A DNA stretch of 64,000 bases from Candidatus Wolfebacteria bacterium GW2011_GWE2_44_13 (GTDB lineage Bacteria; Patescibacteriota; Minisyncoccia; UBA6257; UBA9933). This document shows, one piece after another, positions 56,041 to 64,000 of this stretch (position 1 is its first letter; each line of letters opens with the position of its first letter). The position numbers and the translations under genes were made by a program. Below the pieces are notes generated by a model. The model saw only the letters and a program-made list of their open reading frames with translations, searched no databases and had not been told where the DNA came from. The DNA is taken from the NCBI GenBank assembly GCA_001000675.1, contig LCHW01000001.1, positions 463-64,462 on the forward strand, read 5' to 3'.

Positions 56041-56724
56041 ATGAGGATGTATCCAGATGATTACAAGGAAAAAAGGGCGAGAAGAGCATTGCACGGAATC
56101 TTTGTTGGTTTATTTGTAGGTATGATCCCCGCCTACATAGGAGCGACAAAAGGGATGGGGCCTATTTTTTGGCTCGGGATAATCGGCATGTTTTTAGTCG
56201 CACTCTCCTGCATTTTGTACGCGTACTTTGTTGCTACGAAATTTGCATGGTGTGCAGGGGGTATTCTTGAGGCGCTGGACGGAAAGATTGTCACGTATCA
56301 CGCGGGACCTTTTTGCTACAAAGTTAAGGAGCTGGCGGGCGTGCAGCTTGTGCCTATTACGTTTAAACCGATTACGGTGACGCGAACATTGCGTACTGGG
56401 GTACGGCGAGGAGAGATTCTCTTATATCAGGTCGTATGCGCAGCAATACCCCTTAATCCTCAACTGTTTTACAACGCATTTCTAAGGCCCAATGAGGATG
56501 GGGAGCTTACGCCGGAAGATACGATCGGTAGACGAATCGAAGAATTCCTGGCTGAAAATGCCGAGGAAATCAGGCTGTTCTATTATCGAGGGGGCGAACA
56601 GTATGTCCTCGACATGACTCAAACAGCTGCCGAGCAGCAACTTGCGCGAGCGCTGGATGAATATGGGTTGCACTGCACCAAAGCAGTCCCCATATGTAAA
56701 ATAGAAGCCCTGTTCATTTCCTAA
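56041..56724 (+). CDS. Paralog 3 of the two-TM membrane protein family (227 aa).
   Basis: Core ILEALDGKIVTYHAGPFCYKVKELAGVQLVP. Promoter TTGACA (55971) -17- TTGAAT, then leader AGGGGCAGATTCATTATCAAT (56000-56020). Terminator GGCCCATCCGCTAGCGGATGGGCC plus T-run at 56744-56775. Confidence 0.65.
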   Translation: MRMYPDDYKEKRARRALHGIFVGLFVGMIPAYIGATKGMGPIFWLGIIGMFLVALSCILYAYFVATKFAWCAGGILEALDGKIVTYHAGPFCYKVKELAGVQLVPITFKPITVTRTLRTGVRRGEILLYQVVCAAIPLNPQLFYNAFLRPNEDGELTPEDTIGRRIEEFLAENAEEIRLFYYRGGEQYVLDMTQTAAEQQLARALDEYGLHCTKAVPICKIEALFIS

Positions 56725-56858
56725 ACAGGACGAAAATAATACAGGCCCATCCGCTAGCGGATGGGCCTTTTTTTATCCTATTAATTTTGATTGACAACGC
56801 ATTAAATATATTGTTTAATAAGGACAGATTCATTATCAATTTTGAAGGGAGAAGAGGA

Positions 56859-57533
56859 ATGAGGACATACACTTATGGGCAAAGAGGAAAAGCGTGTAAT
56901 AAAGCGCTTGCCGTGACAATGGTTGGTGCGATCATCATCTTACTTGCTGATTTATCTCTACCTAAGCCCCAATCTATTCCGTGGGTGTGCGCAGGGGTGC
57001 TCCTAGCGGTTTTCGGGCTCGCTCTAATGACCTATGTCGGGTCCCGTTTCAAGCGGTGCGAGGGAAGCGTACTCGAGGTGTTGGATGGGAAGGTTGTTAC
57101 ACACCATGCAGAACCCTTTTACTACAAGCTGAAGGAGTTGGGTGGTGTGCAGCTTGTCTCGGTGCCTATGGACGCCTTCAGTGTTTCGAAAAAAGTCTTC
57201 TTTACGGCTGGCCAAGGGGTCGCTTCTTTTGAGCTGGAATGCTTCATAGGTGTCGTAAACTGGCAGAACTTTTATGATGCGTTCTTGCGTCAGGGTGAGT
57301 GTCAGACTGCACGAACGCCAAAAGAAGTGGCCGAATTGTCTCTGAGGAGTTTTCTTAAGGGATATTTCTTCTTCGGAAAGATGTACTACGACAGTGGGTG
57401 TTCTGAGGAATTTGTCTGCGTGGCAACAACCCCTCTTGCTGAGGCGCATCTTCAACGACAGCTTGCTACGCACGGTCTCGGGTGCTCAATGGTTAAACCC
57501 AAGTTTCAGAATGATACGCACTTTATTCTGTGA
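56859..57533 (+). CDS. Paralog 4 of the two-TM membrane protein family (224 aa from ATG 56859).
   Basis: Core VLEVLDGKVVTHHAEPFYYKLKELGGVQLV. Promoter TTGACA (56791) -17- TTTAAT, leader AAGGACAGATTCATTATCAAT (56820-56840), RBS GGGAGAAGAGGAATG. An identical terminator GGCCCATCCGCTAGCGGATGGGCC lies at 57561-57592. The track ORF start at 56787 lies inside the promoter. Confidence 0.65.
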   Translation: MRTYTYGQRGKACNKALAVTMVGAIIILLADLSLPKPQSIPWVCAGVLLAVFGLALMTYVGSRFKRCEGSVLEVLDGKVVTHHAEPFYYKLKELGGVQLVSVPMDAFSVSKKVFFTAGQGVASFELECFIGVVNWQNFYDAFLRQGECQTARTPKEVAELSLRSFLKGYFFFGKMYYDSGCSEEFVCVATTPLAEAHLQRQLATHGLGCSMVKPKFQNDTHFIL

Positions 57534-57589
57534 ACCTCTTGATCTGGTTAAAATGCACAAGGCCCATCCGCTAGCGGATGGGCCTTTTT

Positions 57590-59704
<2,115 letters not shown>

Positions 59705-59705
59705 T

Positions 59706-59765
59706 CATTCCCGCGGAGGCGGGAATCTATGTAACTCTGGATTCCCGCCTCCGCGGGAATGACAA
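59706..59765. repeat. REP-like compound palindrome TGTCATTCCCGCGGAGGCGGGAATC-(12 nt)-GATTCCCGCCTCCGCGGGAATGACA.
   Basis: Perfect 25-bp inverted arms. Confidence 0.65.
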
Positions 59766-59957
59766 ATTTACTCCTAGTATACCATATCTACTACAGGGTT
59801 TGACAAAAAGGTAATGATAGAGTATGGTATTACTTTCCAAGACATGGAGGAGTAGGAGTGTGCTCACCGGCGCGGTCTCTCGAGATTGTCGGCCAACGAG
59901 GCCTCCCTCCTCCATGTTACGGAAGTAGCTCTTTACATAAAAATCGATGACAAGTGT

Positions 59958-60092
59958 TGGGGTGTAGCTCAGTAGGTAGAGCGTCTCTTGGTTTTATCGC
60001 GACCTGTTTCTGAAAAATAGAACAATTGGCCCACAAAGGCCCGCGCGGTAATCAAGAGGAGGTCGCGGGTTCGAATCCCGTCACTCCAGCCA
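59958..60092 (+). tRNA. tRNA-like gene (135 nt) with canonical acceptor, D- and T-arms and encoded CCA, but an insertion of about 60 nt in place of a normal anticodon loop.
   Basis: 5' TGGGGTG-TA-GCTCAGTAGGTAGAGC-G-TCTCT...; 3' ...AGAGG-AGGTC-GCGGGTTCGAATCCCGT-CACTCCA-G-CCA. Between the putative anticodon-stem halves (TCTCTTG/CAAGAGG) lies TTTTATCGCG...GGCCCACAAAGGCCC...CGCGGTAAT, which forms an extended helix. Identity undetermined. Confidence 0.55.
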
Positions 60093-60190
60093 GTCATTGA
60101 AATAAATTTCCAAAGTTAAGTGGGTGTAATAATTAATTAAATCCTTATCGGATTTGATGGAGGCGGAATTCCTTCCACCCTAACCTGTTT

Positions 60191-60319
60191 GGTCTAGTAG
60201 CTTTGAGCGACTATTACAACTCGCACCTCTTTTTAAGAGGCGCAAGGGTGTGACTGTGAGCGGAGAGCGGTCGGACGATGTTCCGGCAGGCGGTGGTGTA
60301 AATCCACTCTAGGCCGCCA
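60191..60319 (+). tRNA. Second tRNA-like element (about 129 nt): 7-bp acceptor pairing GGTCTAG/CTAGGCC, T-arm GGTGG-TGTAAAT-CCACT, discriminator G and CCA, with an internal hairpin ACCTC-TTTTTAA-GAGGC (possible anticodon TTT) but excess internal sequence.
   Basis: Eyeball fold only; possibly a pseudogene or insertion-bearing tRNA. Confidence 0.3.
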
Positions 60320-60326
60320 AGTGTGT

Positions 60327-60415
60327 GTGCATATAGCTCAGTAGGTAGAGCACCGGACCTGTCTTCTGACAGATGTATGCGGAGGTCGCGGGTTCGAATC
60401 CCGTTATGCACGCCA
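60327..60415 (+). tRNA. tRNA gene (89 nt incl. CCA) with D- and T-arms identical to 59958..60092 but a non-canonical anticodon region (20 nt between stem halves CCGGA/TGCGG containing hairpin CTGTC-TTCT-GACAG).
   Basis: GTGCATA-TA-GCTCAGTAGGTAGAGC-A-CCGGA-CCTGTCTTCTGACAGATGTA-TGCGG-AGGTC-GCGGGTTCGAATCCCGT-TATGCAC-G-CCA. Shares GACCTGTYTTCTGA with the insert of 59958..60092. Confidence 0.55.
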
Positions 60416-60439
60416 CATTAAACTTTGGTAAAAATGTGT

Positions 60440-60514
60440 CGGGAGGTGGCGCAGCCTGGTAGCGCGCTTGTCACCAGCAAGAGGCCGGTGGTTCAAATCC
60501 ACTCCTCCCGACCA
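60440..60514 (+). tRNA. tRNA gene (75 nt incl. encoded CCA); anticodon not resolved with confidence.
   Basis: CGGGAGG-TG-GCGC-AGCCTGGTA-GCGC-G-CTTGT-CACCAGC-AAGAG-GCC-GGTGG-TTCAAAT-CCACT-CCTCCCG-A-CCA. The D and T loops match initiator-like loops. The anticodon arm is atypical: the best reading is CCA (Trp-like) but with A at position 33 and a 3-nt variable loop. Needs tRNAscan-SE or ARAGORN. Confidence 0.6.
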
Positions 60515-60826
60515 ACAGTTTCGAATTTCCGCTTGGTGGCAAGGGCCACACCTTGGGTTACCCCCAAGGACGAGTTGTCGATTTGCAATACTTGTAAAGA
60601 CCTTATAGGTCTGCGCAGGGGACGTGAATCAATTCCGAACAACAGCGGAAATCAAATTTGTGCACCTTGTGGGAAGGCTTAGTAGTTCCAACTCTATCTA
60701 GCTGGAGACAGATAGGATTAGCGGAACAAAGGTATGAGGTTGGTACTGCCTCCTCAATGGCCGAGCCTTTTCCTTGGTGTGCAATGTTAACCCAGTGACC
60801 TCCCCAGGGAGGCCACTTTTTTTATT
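60515..60826 (+). ncRNA. Candidate structured non-coding region of about 310 nt downstream of the tRNA cluster, ending in an intrinsic terminator (CCTCCCC-AGG-GAGG plus T7).
   Basis: Several local hairpins (CCTTGGG-TTAC-CCCCAAGG; GACC-TTATA-GGTC; CTATCT...AGATAG) and a strong terminator at about 60798-60826. No convincing match by eye to RNase P, SRP, tmRNA or 6S motifs. Could be co-transcribed with the tRNAs. Confidence 0.3.
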
Positions 60827-60893
60827 GCTATTTTAAATTGGGTGTGGTAGTTTTTCGGTAGTATCTTAACCCGCAGATGAAAGGATTCGAAAG

Positions 60894-61142
60894 ATGTTCG
60901 AAGTGTATCGATGCCCTATTTGCAGGGAGCCGCTTTTTAAACAAAGGATTGCCGCTGTACACATTGCCAAGTGTATGGCTCTTGCTGAAGTTGGCGAAAA
61001 GGAAATGCGGCAATGTCCATATTGCAGACGACAATTCAACCACACTGAAATGATGTTTGAGGCACACAAAAAAGGGTGCCCGAAGAAGCCTGTGGATCGG
61101 TCGTGGGATTTTGGAGATTGCCATTGCTGTGAGTGTCACTAA
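60894..61142 (+). CDS. Small cysteine-rich zinc-finger-like protein (82 aa).
   Basis: AAAGGA RBS 7 nt upstream. CPIC...H..C and CPYC...H..H...C pairs resembling C2H2 or zinc-ribbon motifs. Confidence 0.5.
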   Translation: MFEVYRCPICREPLFKQRIAAVHIAKCMALAEVGEKEMRQCPYCRRQFNHTEMMFEAHKKGCPKKPVDRSWDFGDCHCCECH

Positions 61143-61146
61143 TCCT

Positions 61147-61182
61147 GTTTGCAAAAAACAAAGGCGACCTATTCGGTCGCCT
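61147..61182. terminator. Bidirectional terminator AAAGGCGACC-TATT-CGGTCGCCTTTTTT between convergent small genes.
   Basis: Perfect stem with A/T runs on both sides. Confidence 0.7.
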
Positions 61183-61195
61183 TTTTTGTGCGCAA

Positions 61196-61414
61196 TCATG
61201 CGGCGTAAGGCGCATATATTGGACCTCTTGCCCCACACTCTTCACACTTGAGATGTTCGTTCCCTCTTGTGTAGAGCACGGTGATAGTCGCTCCGAAACA
61301 ACGAGGACATGTTTTTGCCTCTGGCGTTCCAAAGCACCATCGATCGAGCGCTTCTTCGCGAAGCGCGAGGCTTTCACGCATTAATCGCTCGGACTCTTCT
61401 CGATAGTTGTCCAT
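61196..61414 (-). CDS. Small zinc-ribbon protein (72 aa).
   Basis: Strong RBS AAGGAAGGAG 7 nt upstream of ATG (MDNYREESERL...). CPRC...C..C (CxxC-N17-CxxC). Confidence 0.5.
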   Translation of the reverse strand: MDNYREESERLMRESLALREEALDRWCFGTPEAKTCPRCFGATITVLYTRGNEHLKCEECGARGPIYAPYAA

Positions 61415-61727
61415 ATAGCTACTCCTTCCTTTAGTTGTAAATGAGCTCTTCAAAAAACAAAAAAAGCTGGTCCCTAGGGGCCAGCTTTTGTTTCGATGAA
61501 TGAGTTTAGTTAATCAAATTAACTACATGCACGACAAAAAGCTGGTCCGTTGGTAAACCAGTAAAAGCTAAAGGAAAACATAGACTTGTTTGCTTTTTGT
61601 AACATGTGAGAAAAGTATAGCAAGAATAAAAAAGAAATCAAAGGTTTCTTTGCACGTTTTTTAAAAGTCGACGGAGTTGAATTAAAAAGGTTCGTTATAC
61701 TTTTTTGAAAAAGTATGTCAAAAACAA

Positions 61728-61866
61728 CGAACCGAAAATATTTCGGGGTCGCTTCCAAAACGGTTGAAGCTCGGAACTCGCGCACTAAAAAAGAGCGCTC
61801 AAACACCGAGCTTCTTCCGATCTTTTTCCAGCGCCCTTTATCCGAAATATTCCCATGTTCGTAAGG
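61728..61866. repeat. Second copy of the about 165-bp repeat seen at 48758-48925.
   Basis: AACGAACCGAAAATATTTCGGGGTCGCTTCCAAAAC...GCTCGGAACTCGC...CTCAAACACCGAGC...ATCCGAAATATTCCCATGTTCGTA. Confidence 0.55.
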
Positions 61867-61884
61867 AAAATGCCCTACCTCTGT

Positions 61885-61945
61885 CATTCCCGCGCAGGCG
61901 GGAATCCAGTATTAAATATATTCCCGTGTTCGCGGGAATGAAAAG
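61885..61945. repeat. REP-like palindrome copy (TGTCATTCCCGCGCAGGCGGGAATC ... TTCGCGGGAATGAAA; second arm degenerate).
   Basis: Family member. Track ORF 61764..61949 (…SFPRRRESS…) is its translation. Confidence 0.55.
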
Positions 61946-61946
61946 C

Positions 61947-61992
61947 TAAAATAAAAATGCGCGGTTCTATTAATAGAACCGCGCATTTTTAT
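61947..61992. terminator. Terminator TGCGCGGTTCTATTAATAGAACCGCGCA plus T-run on the 3' side of topA (minus strand); bidirectional.
   Basis: Perfect 12-bp stem. Confidence 0.65.
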
Positions 61993-64000
61993 TATTCGTC
62001 ACTAGTATTTTCTCCACCCTCTTCCCCTTCGCTACCCTCCTTTGTTTCGGGTTTTTTCCACGATGCATAATCGCAATCAGGGTATCGCGAGCAGCTATAG
62101 AAGCCGCGTCCGCGCTTCGATTTCTTTTTAATAATGTCTCCTTCTTTGCATGTCGGACACTTGCCGAGTGCCTTCTCTTCTTCAGTTAAAATCTTTTTCG
62201 TGTGCCTACATTCTGGGAATCCAGAGCATGCGAGAAACTTTCCAAAGCGGCTATACTTGATAAGCATTTGTTTTCCACAGAGTGGGCATACTTCGTCGGA
62301 AACTTCGAGTGCGCGTTCAATCTTCGGTACCTCCTTCATTTTTGCTTCGAGATTTTTTTCGAACGGCCCATAAAATGTTCCGATAACATCTTGCCAGCGC
62401 TTGTTGCCTTCAGCAATTTCGTCGAATTCATCTTCCATCTTCGCGGTGAATTGCACATCCACAATTTGCGGGAAGTGCGCGCAGAGCATCTCGTTAACCG
62501 CTTCGCCGATCTCGGTTGGCTTAAATCTACGCTGATCAGTCTTCTCTACATAATTGCGCGTTTGAATAGTCGAGATGGTCGGTGCATAGGTAGATGGCCG
62601 ACCGATGCCATACTCTTCGAGTATCTTAATAAGGCCTGCTTCGTCGTAGCGCGCTGGAGGTTCTGTAAAGTGTTGCACCGGGATTATTTTTTCTGCATGC
62701 AAAATATCTCCGACTGTCATACGAGGCATTACCTTTTCTTCGCCACTCGTTGGCATTATTTTTTGGAATCCATCAAAGACAGTAACCGTACCACTCGCAC
62801 GAAATTCAAATGTTTTGTTTGCTGTGGCGTTCGTGCCGACAACTTCAATCGTTGTGGTTTTGTGTGTTGCTTGAGGAAGCTGTGATGCGATAAAGCGACG
62901 CCAAATTAATTCGTATAATTTTTTCGCCTTTGGATCGTCATCAATAGTAAACAGCTCTGGAGAAATAGCCGGGTTTGTTGGACGGATTGCTTCGTGCGCT
63001 TCTTGTGCAAGCTTGGACTTTGTTTTAAATACGCGCGGTGTATCTGTGGCGTATTGTTCGCCAAGATTTTCAACAATCCATTTTTTTGCAGCTTCAAGAG
63101 ACTCCTTAGAGAGGTTTACCGAGTCGGTACGCATATAGGTAATAAGCCCTTTTTCATACAGGCCCTGCGCTATTGCCATGGTTTGCTTTGCTGAATAGCG
63201 AAGCTTTTTGCTTCCCTCTTGCTGCAGCGTACTTGTGGTGAATGGGGCAAGCGGATTCTTTTTTGATTCACGCTCCTCTATTTTTCCTATTGCATAGGTC
63301 GATGCAGTAAGTTGTTCTTTTGTTTCCTGTGCAATTTTTTCAGTAGGAAGCCCAAACTTTCCAAGTGCTTCATTGTTAATAGAAACAAGGTTTGCGTCGA
63401 TTACGATATCGGAGCCCTTTTCTTTAAACAGGGCAGACATGGTCCAATATTCTTCGGCGATAAACTTTTTTATTTCTGCCTCTCGGTCGCAAATAATACG
63501 GAGTGCGACGGATTGTACGCGCCCAGCGGAAAGACGCTTCATAACTTTTTCCCAGAGGAACGGAGAAAGCTTATAGCCCACAAGCCGATCGAGTACGCGG
63601 CGCGCTTGTTGCGCATGCACGAGCGCGTCGTTGATCTTGCGAGGATGCTTAAGCGCTTCTTCGATTGCGGTTTTGGTGATTTCGTGAAAGGTGATGCGCT
63701 GCACCTCTGCTTCAGGGCGATCCTTTAATTTAAGCGCTTCGGTTAAGTGGTAGGCGATTGCTTCCCCTTCTCGGTCTTCGTCGGATGCGAGAATAACGAT
63801 GTCGGCTTTTGCCGCATCTTTTTTCATTTGCGTGACACGTTTCTTTGCCTTAACCGGAATAATGTAGCTCGGTTCGAAGTCGTGTTCTATATCAATGGCA
63901 AGCTTACTCTTAGGAAGATCGCGAATATGGCCGAATGAAGATTCGACTTGGTACCCCTTTCCGAGAAATTTACTAATCGTTTTGGCTTTTGTTGGAGATT
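61992..64000 (-). CDS. topA: DNA topoisomerase I (N-terminal about 10-15 aa beyond the window end).
   Basis: The frame stays open upstream of the track start (…SPTKAKTISKFLGKGYQVESSFGHIRDLPKS…, Toprim) through to the window edge. Toprim acidic motif DEDREGEAIAYH, catalytic core, and C-terminal C4 zinc ribbons (CPLCGKQM…C..C; CPTC…C..C). Confidence 0.9.
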   Translation of the reverse strand, partial: SPTKAKTISKFLGKGYQVESSFGHIRDLPKSKLAIDIEHDFEPSYIIPVKAKKRVTQMKKDAAKADIVILASDEDREGEAIAYHLTEALKLKDRPEAEVQRITFHEITKTAIEEALKHPRKINDALVHAQQARRVLDRLVGYKLSPFLWEKVMKRLSAGRVQSVALRIICDREAEIKKFIAEEYWTMSALFKEKGSDIVIDANLVSINNEALGKFGLPTEKIAQETKEQLTASTYAIGKIEERESKKNPLAPFTTSTLQQEGSKKLRYSAKQTMAIAQGLYEKGLITYMRTDSVNLSKESLEAAKKWIVENLGEQYATDTPRVFKTKSKLAQEAHEAIRPTNPAISPELFTIDDDPKAKKLYELIWRRFIASQLPQATHKTTTIEVVGTNATANKTFEFRASGTVTVFDGFQKIMPTSGEEKVMPRMTVGDILHAEKIIPVQHFTEPPARYDEAGLIKILEEYGIGRPSTYAPTISTIQTRNYVEKTDQRRFKPTEIGEAVNEMLCAHFPQIVDVQFTAKMEDEFDEIAEGNKRWQDVIGTFYGPFEKNLEAKMKEVPKIERALEVSDEVCPLCGKQMLIKYSRFGKFLACSGFPECRHTKKILTEEEKALGKCPTCKEGDIIKKKSKRGRGFYSCSRYPDCDYASWKKPETKEGSEGEEGGENTSDE

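Noticed and set aside
59958-60415. Interpreting the insert-bearing tRNA-like genes as tmRNA or as class II (long variable arm) tRNAs.
   Set aside because: They are too short for tmRNA, which has no coding or pseudoknot region of this size. The extra sequence sits in the anticodon-arm position rather than the variable-arm position, and total lengths (135 and 129 nt) exceed any class II tRNA. Left as anomalous tRNA-like genes pending covariance-model analysis.
60214-60682. ORFs 60214..60411 (minus) and 60425..60682 (plus).
   Set aside because: They overlap the tRNA genes and the structured non-coding region, and have no RBS.

Overview
This is a bacterial chromosomal segment spanning the replication origin. 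The origin genes (dnaN and dnaA on the minus strand, rpmH-rnpA on the plus strand) lie at 45.6-49.6 kb, with DnaA boxes in the flanking intergenic regions. The window also carries core translation and replication genes: rpsL-rpsG-fusA, rplM-rpsI, tsaE, thrS, dnaE, a class A penicillin-binding protein, rel/spoT, ligA and topA (5' end beyond the window edge), plus tRNA-Val and a tRNA cluster. The accessory content is dominated by two giant, divergently oriented cell-surface protein genes. One is a minus-strand gene (<1..4794) with RCC1-type repeats and tandem Ig-like modules. The other is a 13.6-kb plus-strand gene (8237..21892, about 4550 aa) with about 18 NHL beta-propeller repeats, two LamG/ConA-like jellyrolls, about 12 Calx-beta-like modules and about 9 fibronectin-III domains. 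Between them sits a tyrosine recombinase, a dense array of five perfect consensus parS palindromes (TGTTTCACGTGAAACA), an inverted pair of perfect DnaA boxes, REP/MITE-like palindromic repeats and a YraN-family endonuclease gene. Other notable content: an ABC transporter operon facing a PaaK/F390-synthetase-like ligase; a tandem array of four paralogous two-TM membrane proteins, each with its own sigma70-like promoter, a conserved leader motif and an intrinsic terminator; a second tandem pair of similar small membrane proteins; a tRNA cluster in which at least two or three tRNA genes carry non-canonical insertions in the anticodon region; and several dispersed repeat families. Gene content and architecture suggest a small-genome, possibly Patescibacteria/CPR-like organism, but that is inference only. 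Self-derived coordinates may be off by a few nt.
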